A stretch of DNA of 64,000 nt from Nitrospirota bacterium (GTDB lineage: Bacteria; Nitrospirota; Nitrospiria; Nitrospirales; NS-4), in the NCBI GenBank assembly GCA_963788195.1, contig CAWBGA010000017.1:128001-192000 (forward strand), given 5' to 3'. The position numbers and the translations under genes were made by a program. Below the pieces are notes generated by a model, which ran no database searches, was not told the DNA's origin, and worked only from the letters and a program-made list of their open reading frames with translations. Shown here one piece after another: positions 1 through 11,048 of the stretch; the stretch's first letter is position 1, and each line of letters opens with the position of its first letter.

Positions 1-808
1 CTCCTCCTGCGGGACGGCCTTGCCGGCGTTAATGAACTCCTGGATCCTCGGATCCTGTGTCTGCACAAACTTCTCTGGCGGCGCCATCTCAGCGATCTTC
101 CCGTCGAGCAGCATGGCCACGTAGTCTGAGATGCCGAAGACTTCCGGGATCTCATGGCTGACCATGACAGCGGTGTAGCGGTACCGACGCTGCGTGTCCA
201 CAATCAACTCATGAATCGTCCGCGCCAGCAGCGGATCCAGACCGGTCGTAGGCTCATCGAACAGCATGATTTCCGGGCCAAGCACAAGCGCACGGGCCAG
301 CCCCGCCCGCTTGCGCATCCCCCCGCTGAGCTCAGCAGGGGTATTTCTCTTCCATCCCGGTCAGTCCGACTTGCTCCAGCATCTCGAGGACCTTGAGACG
401 AATTTCCTCGTCCTTGAGCGTGGTCTTTTCGCGCAGTGGAAAGGCAACGTTTTCAAAAACGGACAGGGAGTCAAACAGCGCCGCGCCTTGGAAGAGCATG
501 GCAAATTTCTTACGGACCTCATTGAGCTCGTGCTGGCCCAATTGCGTGATGTCGCGTTCATCGATGAGAACCTGGCCCTTGTTCGGCCTGATCAGGCCGA
601 TCAGGTGCTTGAGCAGTACGCTCTTGCCGGTCCCGCTTCCTCCGATAATCGTGGTCAATTTACCGCGGGGTATTTCCAGGTTCAACCCCGTGAATACCTG
701 CTGGTCGCCAAAAGACTTGTACACGTCGACCACGCGAATGACGGTTGAGGCGGCGCCTGGGGAGACACCTACGGCGGAGGCTTGATTGGTCTGAAGTCCG
801 ATACTCAC
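1..808 (-). CDS. mlaF: MlaF/Ttg2A-type ABC transporter ATP-binding protein (runs off window edge; apparent +1 frameshift at 338-341)
   Basis: Walker A GGSGTGKS and FQGAALFDSL. Removing one base from gggg 338-341 restores YPAELSGGMRKRAGLARAL, and that frame continues toward position 1. Adjacent to mlaE. Confidence 0.88.
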
Positions 809-1581
809 AGCAACACCGACGTGAGGAAGTAATCCCAGATCAGCACCAGCACCGATGCCAGCACCACGGCTTCCGTTGTCGCCCGGCCAAGTCCTTCAGC
901 GCTCATCCTCGTATTGTACCCTTTGTACGTGCACACCCAAGTGATGATTGTTCCAAAGCTGAGGGCCTTCAGAATGCCGCCGTACACGTCTTTCCATTCA
1001 ACGGCCGACTCCATCGAGCTGGTGTAGGCGCCGGAACTCACACCCAGCAGCTCCACGCCGACGAGATGACCGCCGTAAATCCCAATGATGTCGAATATTG
1101 CCACGAGGAGAGGCATGACGAGGATGCCGGCCAGCACCTTTGGCGCGACCAAATACTGCATGGGACTCACAGCCATGGTTTCCAGCGCATCGATTTGTTC
1201 GGTGATCCGCATGAGCCCAATCTCCGCGGTCATTGCCGACCCTGCGCGTCCGGTCACCATCAGCGCTGAAAGCACCGGTCCCAACTCACGGATCATGCTC
1301 AGGGCGACCGCCGATCCCAATAGGCCCTCTGCCCCAAACTTGCGCAGCGAGTAGTACCCCTGCAGGCCTAACACCATGCCGGTGAAGGCGCCGGTTAGCA
1401 CAATGACGAACAAAGACTTGACCCCGATAAAATGCATCTGCTTGAGGAGCTGCGCAAACCGGAACGGCGGGCGCACCATCCAAAGGATGGTCTGCCCGAG
1501 GAACAGCATCATTCGGCCCATCTCGCGAAGCACCGATAACGCAATCGCGCCCCAATGGGCGAGTATCACCGCGATCATCAA
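805..1581 (-). CDS. mlaE: MlaE family lipid ABC transporter permease
   Basis: RELGPVLSALMVTGRAGSAMTAEIGLMRITEQIDAL and GLGRATTEAVV motifs. Confidence 0.93.
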   Translation of the reverse strand: MMIAVILAHWGAIALSVLREMGRMMLFLGQTILWMVRPPFRFAQLLKQMHFIGVKSLFVIVLTGAFTGMVLGLQGYYSLRKFGAEGLLGSAVALSMIRELGPVLSALMVTGRAGSAMTAEIGLMRITEQIDALETMAVSPMQYLVAPKVLAGILVMPLLVAIFDIIGIYGGHLVGVELLGVSSGAYTSSMESAVEWKDVYGGILKALSFGTIITWVCTYKGYNTRMSAEGLGRATTEAVVLASVLVLIWDYFLTSVLL

Positions 1582-2369
1582 GAGGCCGCCACCGAAAGAT
1601 CCGAATCGGGCGGAAGCTGGCAGGATTGCAACACCGAGACAAACGCCGTAAAGAATCGCCGCAGTGTCTGATCGGCCTCATCGGCGTGACATTTCATACG
1701 ATACAAGCCTCGTAGCATCAGAGGGCTCCTGAGCACCTCAAGGATACCACGTAGTGCGCCCGCACGTGAGAACCAAACGTTAAAATCCATTGGTAGATCG
1801 TCCCCCACTTTGTCGGAAACAGCGCGAACCGCGAGGAACGGAACCTTTCCCACGGCAGCGACGCGCGCGACAGCCGCGCTTTCCATATCCACGCCGAGGC
1901 CGGCGCTCACATCAGCCAACGCCTGCTTTTCACTCGCCCGCCAGACAACACGCGCGACAGTGATGATGGGACCTCTGCTCCATCCAACCCCCGCGTCACG
2001 CGCGGCGCGACACGCCCCGGCCATAAGAGACTGATGAGCCGGCATCACGAGCGGCGGGCGCTCGCTGGTCCAATCCTCGACTTGGCTCCCCAGCAGAAGC
2101 GCGCCTACACCTTCAGGCCCTAAGCCGCCGACATAGCCTGTCGAGATGATTGCGTGGGGGGCTAACGCGAACAGCACGGCTTCGGTGGCCAGCCGCGCAC
2201 GCTCGTGACCGATGCCGGTTCGAATGAGGTGCAGTTCGAGATCTTCAAATTGCGCGATGTGATGTATGAACTTGCCGACGCGGCCACGGCGCACATGACC
2301 GATACCGAAGACAGATCGTGCAGGAGCCAACTCGCGTGCGGTCGCACCCAGAATCGCGACACGCCGCAT
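1578..2369 (-). CDS. hpnG: Nucleoside phosphorylase/nucleosidase family protein (hopanoid-associated, HpnG-like)
   Basis: STGYVGGL, GVDMESAAVA and VRAVSD motifs; directly downstream of shc. Confidence 0.75.
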   Translation of the reverse strand: MRRVAILGATARELAPARSVFGIGHVRRGRVGKFIHHIAQFEDLELHLIRTGIGHERARLATEAVLFALAPHAIISTGYVGGLGPEGVGALLLGSQVEDWTSERPPLVMPAHQSLMAGACRAARDAGVGWSRGPIITVARVVWRASEKQALADVSAGLGVDMESAAVARVAAVGKVPFLAVRAVSDKVGDDLPMDFNVWFSRAGALRGILEVLRSPLMLRGLYRMKCHADEADQTLRRFFTAFVSVLQSCQLPPDSDLSVAAS

Positions 2370-4522
2370 TACTCGGCCAGCCGGAACTGCCCGTCTGTGC
2401 GATGCTGTTTCTGAATTTCGTCGGCGCGCGTTTGGCCTTTTAGTTTGAGGGAGCGATACATCGACAACGCCCAGAGAGGAAAATAATGACTGTAGCCGTG
2501 GTACCTCAGGTAAAAGACCCGCGGAAATCCCGTACCCGTGAAATTGCGCTCCGACCAGTAACCTTGAGCGTTCTGATGGCGCAGGAGATAGTTGATCCCG
2601 CGATATACGCTGATCGTTTCAACTTCGCCGGCTGCCAGCAATGCAAGGAGCGCCCATGCGGTTTGCGAGGGCGCGCTCGCGCCGACGCCATGGGCCGCCT
2701 GATCCGCATAAGACTGACATGACTCCCCCCATCCCCCGTCATGATTTTGCTTCGAGACAACCCAGGCAACGGCTCGGCGGACGTAAGGGGCCTGCATGTC
2801 TTCCCCGATCGCTTTCAATCCCGCCAGGACAGACCAAACACCATAGACGTAATTAACGCCCCAACGGCCGTACCAGGACCCATCTTTCTCTTGTCTCTCC
2901 TTCAAAAACCGAATCCCGCGCGCCGCGATCGGATGAGACCGATCATAGCCAAGCGCGCCCATCATTTCGATTTCCCGGCCGGTCACATCAGCGGTGCTGG
3001 GGTCCAGAAGTGCGCGGTGATCGGCAAACGGGATATCGTTAAAGAACATCCGGTTATTATCCCGGTCGTAGGCGCCCCATCCACCGTCGCTTCCTTGCAT
3101 CGGCAAGGTCCAGCTCAATCCCCGTTGCACGGAGTCGCGCAACTCCTGCTGCGCAGGAGCTTTAATCTTTGAAAGCGCCATCACAACGGCCGCGGTGTCA
3201 TCATTGTCCGGATAACTCTCGTTTTCAAACTGAAAATACCACCCACCGGGCTTCGAATGAGGCGACGACACGATCCAGTCACCGACTTTTTGACACTGGT
3301 GCGAGATCAGCCACTTGGCAGCCCGGGCGAAGGCCGGATGTTCCCGGGGCACACCGCTCTCGATCAAGGCGCTGATCGTCAACGGGGTATCCCAGATAGG
3401 CGAGAAGCAGGGCTGCAGCCGCAAGGTCTCGCCGTTGACCACCTCCAACGCTTCAATTTCCCTAAACGCCTTCTGGAGGAGGGGGTGATCATCGGCATAG
3501 CCCAGGCAGTGAAGCGCAAGCACGGAATTTGCCATGGCAGGGTAGATCGCCCCGAGTCCGCCTTCTCCTTCCATGCGCTCGACCATCCATCGCGCCGCCT
3601 GCTCGACGCCCTTTTTACGAAACCAGCGCGGCACGATACGGTCATACACGCGTAAGGCGCCGTCGAGCGTGATGAAGACGTTGTGCCATGCGAGCCAGTT
3701 GGGATCCTTTCGAAACGGAGGCTCCCGCCGAAAATTCACATGCTCACGTGGGACGCAGTACAGCTCATCAATACCCTGTTCTTTCGGGATCTGGCAGACC
3801 GGCTTGCTGGCGAAAATAATCATCAGAGGCACGAGCACGGTGCGCGACCAGTAGGACAAGGCATAGATGTTGAAGTAAAACCACGATGGCAGGAGGGCAA
3901 GCTCCGCAGGCATGGTAGGAATACCACGCCAGTCGTATTGATCAAACAGAGCCAGCGCGATCTTCGTAAAGACATTGGTCCTGACTACCCCACCCTTTTG
4001 CAAGATCACTGCCCGGGCCTTTCGCATAAATGGCTCATCGCCACCGATACCCGATAGCTTCAGCGCAAAGTAAGCCTTCACCGAAGCACTGATCTCGGGC
4101 GGCCCCCCATGGTAGATCGGCCATCCGCCGTCCGGAAGCTGGCTTTGGATCAGATAGCGAACTCCCTTTGCCTCCTTTTCGAGGTCTCGGAAGCCCATCA
4201 AGCGCCTCAGCATGAGCCACTCGGAGGTCAATGTCGTATCGACTTCTAATTCATGGACCCAGTAGCCTTCCTCCGCTTGCTGTGAGAGCAGCCACTGTTG
4301 CCCCCGCCGGATGGCATGATGAAGGGCCGGCGACTGATGAGGGCCATGGCTCGATTCAGAACGCCGCGGTGAGGAAGGGGCTTCCCAGGAAACGTTCGGA
4401 TTGCCCCCGACCAGGCGCAACAGTCGGTCGGCGTTACGGCGCGCCCGCTGCTGGAGAGGAGAGGGGGCTACTGAAATAATCCTCTCGGACCAAGTGGTTA
4501 GCAGACCGAGCAATCGCTTCAT
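2369..4522 (-). CDS. shc: Squalene-hopene cyclase
   Basis: Catalytic DNDDTAAV motif, multiple QW repeats (QLPDGGW, QEKDGSW, QNHDGGW), FTGTGFPRVFYLRYH C-terminus. Confidence 0.97.
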   Translation of the reverse strand: MKRLLGLLTTWSERIISVAPSPLQQRARRNADRLLRLVGGNPNVSWEAPSSPRRSESSHGPHQSPALHHAIRRGQQWLLSQQAEEGYWVHELEVDTTLTSEWLMLRRLMGFRDLEKEAKGVRYLIQSQLPDGGWPIYHGGPPEISASVKAYFALKLSGIGGDEPFMRKARAVILQKGGVVRTNVFTKIALALFDQYDWRGIPTMPAELALLPSWFYFNIYALSYWSRTVLVPLMIIFASKPVCQIPKEQGIDELYCVPREHVNFRREPPFRKDPNWLAWHNVFITLDGALRVYDRIVPRWFRKKGVEQAARWMVERMEGEGGLGAIYPAMANSVLALHCLGYADDHPLLQKAFREIEALEVVNGETLRLQPCFSPIWDTPLTISALIESGVPREHPAFARAAKWLISHQCQKVGDWIVSSPHSKPGGWYFQFENESYPDNDDTAAVVMALSKIKAPAQQELRDSVQRGLSWTLPMQGSDGGWGAYDRDNNRMFFNDIPFADHRALLDPSTADVTGREIEMMGALGYDRSHPIAARGIRFLKERQEKDGSWYGRWGVNYVYGVWSVLAGLKAIGEDMQAPYVRRAVAWVVSKQNHDGGWGESCQSYADQAAHGVGASAPSQTAWALLALLAAGEVETISVYRGINYLLRHQNAQGYWSERNFTGTGFPRVFYLRYHGYSHYFPLWALSMYRSLKLKGQTRADEIQKQHRTDGQFRLAE

Positions 4523-4604
4523 GAGGCCTTCTTGTCCATGTTAATTCGGTATTTCGGCCCGCCCGAACAGCGGCAGGCACTTTCGAGGGCTCTTGGAGCG
4601 GGAG

Positions 4605-4633
4605 TATATAACAGAGTCGCTATCGGCTGTCAA
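4605..4633 (-). promoter_or_regulatory. Putative sigma70 promoter for shc-hpnG-mlaE-mlaF
   Basis: Minus strand reads TTGACA-17 nt-TATATA, about 80 bp upstream of shc. Confidence 0.55.
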
Positions 4634-4689
4634 GTGCACTTTCGTGCAATTTCCACCAATATCAATGAGTTGAGCGTCCGGACGACGCC

Positions 4690-7600
4690 TCAAGCCCCTA
4701 CAGGCTCGAGCAGCCTGTTCAGGCGAACGGACACGAGGCTCGAAATCCCGGGCTCCTGCATCGTCACTCCATATAGGGAATCGGCCACTTCCATGGTCTG
4801 TTTACTGTGGGTGATGACGATGAATTGGGACCTGGCAGACAGACTCTGGAGTACCCGGGTGAACCGGGCAGTGTTCTGTTCATCCAGGGGAGCATCAATT
4901 TCGTCTAACACACAAAACGGGGTCGGGCGAATGACAAAGCTGGCAAATACTAATGCCATGGCAGTCAATGCCCGCTCTCCGCCGGAGAGCATTGTAATGT
5001 TTTTGAGGCGCTTTCCCGGAGGCTGGGCGACGATATCGACACCGGGTTCGGCCCCTTCTTCCTCCTCCACCAGTAGTAGCTCGGCTCGCCCACCATCGAA
5101 AAAGCTTCGAAACATCTCGTCGAACTTGACCTGCAGTTCAGCAAACGTTGTCAGGAAAAGCTGCTTTGTAGTGCGGTTAATCTTGGCGATGATGGCCTTC
5201 AAGGAGGCAACGGACTGTCCGAGATCCGCTTCTTGGGCCGTCAAGAACTGCAGGCGCTCTTCAAGCTCGCGATGCTCCTCGATCGCCATCACATTTACAG
5301 GCCCGAGATCCTCCAGACGGCTCCGTCTCTGTATCAATCGGTCGCGCGCGCCGGCGACATCGAAGTCACCCCTGTCTCCCACTTCGGTAATCGCAGCCTC
5401 AATGCTGACTTGATACGTGCCCTCCAATTGACGTTCGTACCCTTCGAGCCTAATATCAGCCTCGCGTTGGCGAAGACGCGCCGCTTCCTGCTGTCGATGC
5501 ACATCCTCAATGCGCTGGCGCACAGCATGATACTCCGCTTCGAGCGCGCGCAGTCTAACGGTACGTCCCGCTTGGCCTACCTGGGCTTCCGTCAAGCGAC
5601 GTCGAGCCTGCGCAAGTTCTGATTCGGCGGCCGGCACGCTCTCAGCTACAACGTGTTGCTCCTCGAGTGTTTCCGCGCAGGCCACCCGGAAGCGGGAAAG
5701 CTCTCCTTCCAGCTCTGATAGACGCGTTTCCCGACTGAACGTGACACCGTGTATGCGCCGGATCTCCGCGCGGCTTTGCTCCAGGCGCTCAGTCAATCCC
5801 GCGACTTTGAGGCGGACCGCGGCGGCAGCGGCCTGCCGGCTTTCGACGATTTGCTCATTGATCGCTACTGCGGCTTGCAGGTCGGCCAACGCCTGCTCTG
5901 CTGAACCCCGCTCAGCCTCCACACGCTGAAGCGCCTCTCGATCCACATGCGCAGCGGCGCGCAACACATCTCGCTCTGCCTCGGCCGCGTGGCGTTCCGC
6001 CAATAAGGCCTCAAGACGTTGCCGGAGTTGCGTAAGATCCTGCTGACCTCGCTCCTCGTCTTTTCGGAGACTGACGAGCTGTATCTCCAGACGGCGGATG
6101 TCCAATTCACGAGCTTCGCACACACGGGTTTCGTCCGTGACTGCCTCTTCCAAGACCCTGCGCTGATTCTTCGCCTCATGGAGAGCTTGCTCAAGCTCTG
6201 GTATCCGATCCGTCAGAACGCGCAGTTCCCGTTCGCGCGCAATCACACCAATTGTTGCTTCCGCCGGGCTCGCAGTCAGCATCCCATCAGCCGTGAGAAT
6301 TTCGCCTCTCGACGTGACCAAGACGGCCGCGGTGCTCGCTGTCATTTTCTCCCATAGCGCAATGGCCTCTTCCAAGCTCCGTACAATGAAGACTCCCGCG
6401 AGCAGATAGGAAACCAACTCCTCATACCCTGGCTTCGGAGATACAAAATCCAGCGCTCGGCCGACGACCCCGTCATGCTGTAGAGCCTCCGTGGAACGCG
6501 TTCCCAATACCCTAGGCCGCCGCGGAAGAAAAGTCCCATTGACGGCATCCTGACATCGGAGTGTTTCCAGCAAGCGAGCGGCTTCCTGCGGTGCTTCGAC
6601 GAGTGTCCCCAAAAGCTTTGACCCAAGTACGGCCTCAATGGCCACATCATATTCGGCGTGTACCGTCAGAACATGCGCCAGGGTACCACCATCGTCGTTC
6701 GGATCGGCAAGCAACGGACTCACACCTCGAGTGATTGCCCGAAGAGCGTGCTGTCTCGCGCTGGATACGGTTAACTCTTGCTGAATGCACGAGACACGCT
6801 CCTCGGCATCAGCCAGCCGTTGCTTCAGTTCAGCCATCCCACCGCTTACGGTCCCTACTGTCGTCAGGATCTCTTGAAGTTGCACTTCGTTGGCGTGCCG
6901 GCGATCACCACCTGCCGCGAGTTGCTCTTGGAGGGTATCGAAAGCGGTGTCGGCTTGGAGGCTCTGCTGCTCAAGCTTTTCAATGCGTCTGGCGAGGTCA
7001 GCGACCCGCGTTTGGTTATTGGTCACATGATTGGCGACGACAGTGGCTTCCATTGCACGATTCATGACCCGTACCCGCCCCGCCTCAAGCGCGGCCTGGC
7101 TGCCGCGGTACAGTTGCACGGCCTGGGTCAGTGCGTCTTCCTCGGTCGCGACGACCTGCGTGTCCGCCGCGAGTTCCTGAGTGAGGGTTGCAACGCGCTC
7201 TTCCCACCCATGCAAGGACTCAGCATCGGCGGATGTTTCTTCGTATAGCTGCCGGAGATCGTTCTGCATCCGGGCTTTCTGTTCTTCGAGAAAGCTCAAC
7301 CTCTGCGCCAGCAGCTCGATGGAGGTCGCGGCCTGGCTTAAGCGCGTCTCCAACCTCCCTACATCATCGCGTAAAGCGGTAATGCCGGTTTCATGTTCGC
7401 CGACTTCGAGCTGAACGGATTGTATTTCTGTGGCCACGCGAGCCCCCGCCGCTTCTTCGCCGTTCTCTCGTTCGCTGAGTTCCGAGAGATGGCGCACGCA
7501 ATCGCGACTGTCGCTCAATATCTCCTGGTAGTCATGGATTAACACCATCAGTTCAAGGCGCCGAACTTCCTGCTTGAGTGCTCGGTAGGCTTCGGCGGTC

Positions 7601-8265
7601 TTGGCCTGGCGTTCAAGACTCATCAATTGCCGTTTGACCTCATTCACAATATCCCGCACACGCAAGAGATTTTGTTGGGTCGCTTCAAGTTTTCGTAACG
7701 CTTCACCCTTTTGCTTCTTATAGCGGATGATGCCTGCGGTTTCTTCGATGAGTTCCCGGCGTTCAATCGGTGAGGCTTTCAGAATACGGTCAATCATGCC
7801 CTGTTCGATGACCGTGTGTCCCTTGCTGCCCGCCCGGGTATCCAGCAATAGCGCGCGCAGGTCTTTAAGGCGGCAGGGAACTTGATTAATGAAATACTCG
7901 CTTGCGCCGTCGCGGAAGAGCCGCCGGGTCACCATTACCTCTTGGCACTCGCCAAGCGAATAGGGAAAAGGCGGTCGCATGTTGTCGCTAGCGGGTTGTT
8001 CCCGTTCCACGTCCCCGAGGATCAATGACACTTCGACCATCCCTTGCGGCTTGCGACATTCCGTGCCGTTAAAAATGACGTCTTCCATACGCTCGCTACG
8101 CAAGGTCTTTGTGCTCTGCTCGCCCAGCACCCAAAGAACGGCGTCCAGGATATTGCTCTTTCCGGTTCCGTTCGGGCCTACAATGGCGGTAATGCCTTGC
8201 TGAAAGACGATGCGCGCCTCCATGAAGGACTTAAACCCGTTCATCTCCAAGCGTTTTAAGTACAT
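4690..8265 (-). CDS. smc: Chromosome segregation protein SMC
   Basis: Starts MYLKRLEMNGFKSF; Walker A GPNGTGKSN, long coiled coils with central hinge, LSGGE signature, VLDEIDAPLD Walker B. Confidence 0.97.
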   Translation of the reverse strand: MYLKRLEMNGFKSFMEARIVFQQGITAIVGPNGTGKSNILDAVLWVLGEQSTKTLRSERMEDVIFNGTECRKPQGMVEVSLILGDVEREQPASDNMRPPFPYSLGECQEVMVTRRLFRDGASEYFINQVPCRLKDLRALLLDTRAGSKGHTVIEQGMIDRILKASPIERRELIEETAGIIRYKKQKGEALRKLEATQQNLLRVRDIVNEVKRQLMSLERQAKTAEAYRALKQEVRRLELMVLIHDYQEILSDSRDCVRHLSELSERENGEEAAGARVATEIQSVQLEVGEHETGITALRDDVGRLETRLSQAATSIELLAQRLSFLEEQKARMQNDLRQLYEETSADAESLHGWEERVATLTQELAADTQVVATEEDALTQAVQLYRGSQAALEAGRVRVMNRAMEATVVANHVTNNQTRVADLARRIEKLEQQSLQADTAFDTLQEQLAAGGDRRHANEVQLQEILTTVGTVSGGMAELKQRLADAEERVSCIQQELTVSSARQHALRAITRGVSPLLADPNDDGGTLAHVLTVHAEYDVAIEAVLGSKLLGTLVEAPQEAARLLETLRCQDAVNGTFLPRRPRVLGTRSTEALQHDGVVGRALDFVSPKPGYEELVSYLLAGVFIVRSLEEAIALWEKMTASTAAVLVTSRGEILTADGMLTASPAEATIGVIARERELRVLTDRIPELEQALHEAKNQRRVLEEAVTDETRVCEARELDIRRLEIQLVSLRKDEERGQQDLTQLRQRLEALLAERHAAEAERDVLRAAAHVDREALQRVEAERGSAEQALADLQAAVAINEQIVESRQAAAAAVRLKVAGLTERLEQSRAEIRRIHGVTFSRETRLSELEGELSRFRVACAETLEEQHVVAESVPAAESELAQARRRLTEAQVGQAGRTVRLRALEAEYHAVRQRIEDVHRQQEAARLRQREADIRLEGYERQLEGTYQVSIEAAITEVGDRGDFDVAGARDRLIQRRSRLEDLGPVNVMAIEEHRELEERLQFLTAQEADLGQSVASLKAIIAKINRTTKQLFLTTFAELQVKFDEMFRSFFDGGRAELLLVEEEEGAEPGVDIVAQPPGKRLKNITMLSGGERALTAMALVFASFVIRPTPFCVLDEIDAPLDEQNTARFTRVLQSLSARSQFIVITHSKQTMEVADSLYGVTMQEPGISSLVSVRLNRLLEPVGA

Positions 8266-8428
8266 AGGGCTCCTTTGACGGAAAGCCTGAATGGCCGGGA
8301 CGCTACCATATCTTGTGGGCCAATGCAAATTAGCCACTAGAAATTACTGTTGGCTTACGCCTTTCGGTCCCAGCGGCGGGGGGTCCAGGGCGTCGTGCGT
8401 GCGGACCAGCTGTGCTATCTTAGTGAGA

Positions 8429-9202
8429 GTGAAAATCGCCACGTTCAATATTAATTCAATAAGAATTCGCCTTCCGGTCATCCTTGGATGGCTTGAGCAA
8501 CATCAGCCGGAGGTGCTGTGCCTTCAGGAAACCAAGGTCCAAGATAGTGAATTTCCGGCTTTGGGGCTGGCCTCTAGCGGATACCATGTCGTCTATAGAG
8601 GAATGAAATCCTACAACGGCGTCGCGGTCATGACCCGCACGGCTCCGGACGACGTCTTCTATGGGTTCGATGATGGAGGGGAAACCGACGAGGCGCGCAT
8701 CATGCGTGTCATTGTGCAGGGCATTCCCATCCTCAACACATACGTTCCTAACGGCTTCAAAATTGTATCCCCAAAATACGCGTACAAGCTGGAATGGTTT
8801 AAGCGCCTGCGGGCTTATTTTGAACGGCATCTCTCAGCTGATAAGCCGGCTGTCTGGTGCGGAGATATGAATGTCGCTCCGGATCCCATTGACGTTCATA
8901 GTCCGGAAAAGCACCTCAAGCATGTCTGCTTTCACGAGGATGTCCGCCGGGCGTACCAGGAAACCGCTGCATGGGGTTTTGTCGATGTGTTTCGTCGGCT
9001 CTACCCCGATAAACAACAATTCACATTTTGGGATTATCTACGGCCGAACTCCGTGGACGCTAATAAGGGCTGGCGGCTCGACCACATTCTGGCGACGCCG
9101 CCCATGGCCGAGAAATGCAGAAATGTGGAAGTGGACATCGAACCACGGCGCGTCCCCAACTCATCGGATCACACCTTCCTCTGGGCCCAGTTCGACCTCT
9201 AG
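8429..9202 (+). CDS. xth: Exodeoxyribonuclease III
   Basis: GTG start (V)KIATFNINSIR; LCLQETK, GDMNVA, GWRLDHIL, SDH motifs. Confidence 0.95.
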   Translation: MKIATFNINSIRIRLPVILGWLEQHQPEVLCLQETKVQDSEFPALGLASSGYHVVYRGMKSYNGVAVMTRTAPDDVFYGFDDGGETDEARIMRVIVQGIPILNTYVPNGFKIVSPKYAYKLEWFKRLRAYFERHLSADKPAVWCGDMNVAPDPIDVHSPEKHLKHVCFHEDVRRAYQETAAWGFVDVFRRLYPDKQQFTFWDYLRPNSVDANKGWRLDHILATPPMAEKCRNVEVDIEPRRVPNSSDHTFLWAQFDL

Positions 9203-9237
9203 CCGGGGGTCGCATATTGATCTAGGTGAGACAGGGA

Positions 9238-10296
9238 CTAAATCATTTGTTCCTGGTGTCGCCGCGAGATGCTGAGATATTCCTGGACAACAATGCGGCC
9301 CACGCAAAACGCCGGAACGCCCAGAAGCATCCCCCATATCCCAAAAGCGTTTCCACCGATGATGAGGATCATCAGGACAGCCAGTGGGTGCAGATCTGCG
9401 GTCTTGGAAAGAACCAGTGGCTGGATCAGTAACGCATCGAACAGGTGTACCGCAGAGGCAACGAGCAGCACGTACACAAGCTTGATCGTCACGCCGCTCT
9501 CCAGCACGGTAACGAGAAGTGCGACGACAGCCCCGAAAACCGGCCCGAGGTAGGGAATAAGATGGACGAGCCCCGAAGACACTCCGATCGCGACTCCGAA
9601 CGGCACTCCGATAATCGAGTATCCAACCGACAGCAGGAGGCCGACTACCACGGCATCCACTACCAATCCAGTGAGATACCTCGAGAGATGTTGATTCACG
9701 CGATAAAGGAGGTTAAGGGCGGCTTCGAAATACCGATTAGGCACCAGGCCAATCACAAACTTTTTGATCGCTCGGCTCTCGAGAAGCAGGTACCAGCTCA
9801 TGATGGGAACCAGCACGAACACTGTCAACAGGGTCAACAAATTAAACACGATCTTCGGCAGCCTATTCAGTGATTGGTCGACAAAGCCCGTGGTGTTCTT
9901 CGTTATCGTCTCAGCGAAGTTCACTCGCTTGAGTTCTGGAAGACGCCTTTCCCACTCGTTTTGTAGCGCCTCCAATCTATCTTGTGCCTGAGCAGAGTAC
10001 TCCGGGAGCTTCATGCGAAAGGTCTGGAGTTGATGTTGCAGAACGGGAGTCAAATACAGGACTGCCGCGAACGCCACGATAATACTGGCACCATAGATTG
10101 TGCTTACCGCCTGGAGTCGTGACATCCCCCCTCGTTCCAGGAACTCCACAAGAGGCGCCAGCACAAAGGCTACAAAGCAAGAGGCGAAGAAGGGAATCAG
10201 GCTTCGGCCTGCGGCGTAGGCGATCAGTCCGGCCGTTCCGGCGATGACGGCTACGTACGTCAGATCCCGCCAGAGTTGCTTACGCGAGGGGGTCAT
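9238..10296 (-). CDS. AI-2E family transporter (PerM/YdiK-like)
   Basis: Multiple TM segments; IPYLGP and LHPLAVL...GGNAFGIWGMLLGVP motifs. Confidence 0.88.
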   Translation of the reverse strand: MTPSRKQLWRDLTYVAVIAGTAGLIAYAAGRSLIPFFASCFVAFVLAPLVEFLERGGMSRLQAVSTIYGASIIVAFAAVLYLTPVLQHQLQTFRMKLPEYSAQAQDRLEALQNEWERRLPELKRVNFAETITKNTTGFVDQSLNRLPKIVFNLLTLLTVFVLVPIMSWYLLLESRAIKKFVIGLVPNRYFEAALNLLYRVNQHLSRYLTGLVVDAVVVGLLLSVGYSIIGVPFGVAIGVSSGLVHLIPYLGPVFGAVVALLVTVLESGVTIKLVYVLLVASAVHLFDALLIQPLVLSKTADLHPLAVLMILIIGGNAFGIWGMLLGVPAFCVGRIVVQEYLSISRRHQEQMI

Positions 10297-10308
10297 CGGG
10301 CGAGACCA

Positions 10309-10860
10309 TCAATAGGTCACTCTGATTCGTTCCCTGATCTCAGTCTCGGCTGGCTGGGTCTGGAGAAGTTGTTCGAGCTCTTCATGAGTACGACGTAAGC
10401 GAGCTGACAAGACACTTGCCACGCGCAACAAGATCTTCAAACCTAGACCAGGCGTCTGATTGATCAGCGCCATTAACTCAGGCTTAAAGAATCCAATCAC
10501 CTCCGTAGCGTCCTGGGCAACGGCGGTCGCGGACCGGGGCGCATCATCAATGAGACCCAGTTCTCCAAAAAACTCGCCCACGGTCAGTGTGGCCATGACC
10601 CGAGGCTGGCCTCCTGGAAACTGACGAATGATCCGCACGACTCCGCTCTTCACGATATACATGCCAAGGCTTGGATCACCTTGGTGAAAGATGGGCTCAC
10701 CAGGAGCGTACCGGCGCACATACACCATTTTCTCGATGGTCCGCAACTCGCGCAAGGACAGATTTTCAAAGATAGGGATTTCAACGAGAAAATCTTGAAT
10801 ACGCCTTTCCCCTTTTCGACGGCCGCGGAAGATATTGTCCCAGAGCGTGTCGACGATCAT
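10309..10860 (-). CDS. Stand-alone cyclic nucleotide-binding domain protein (start could be 10890)
   Basis: IFHQGD...MYIVKSG and GEFFGELGLIDDAPRSATA phosphate-binding cassette; no HTH. Confidence 0.85.
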   Translation of the reverse strand: MIVDTLWDNIFRGRRKGERRIQDFLVEIPIFENLSLRELRTIEKMVYVRRYAPGEPIFHQGDPSLGMYIVKSGVVRIIRQFPGGQPRVMATLTVGEFFGELGLIDDAPRSATAVAQDATEVIGFFKPELMALINQTPGLGLKILLRVASVLSARLRRTHEELEQLLQTQPAETEIRERIRVTY

Positions 10861-10913
10861 GGCGCGGGTCCAAATGACTTTGGCAACCACCTTGCAAGGG
10901 GCAGCATGGGGGG

Positions 10914-10942
10914 AGTCTACGGAGCGCTTTAGGACCTGTCAA
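10914..10942 (-). promoter_or_regulatory. Putative sigma70 promoter for the cNMP protein/AI-2E pair
   Basis: Minus strand reads TTGACA-17 nt-TAGACT. Confidence 0.55.
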
Positions 10943-11048
10943 GTAAGCCGGCGTTCGATAAAAAACGCAGTGTATCAACCAGAGCTACAGGCAAATAGGT
11001 CTTAGGCGTCAGGCTGAAGGTAACCGAGTTGTATGTGTGTTCTTTGGA

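Noticed and set aside
4532..5413. Long antisense/alternative-frame ORFs (e.g. 4532..5413, 28345..29160, 32347..33411, 49439..50347)
   Set aside because: Shadows of well-supported genes in GC-rich DNA with no motifs of their own.
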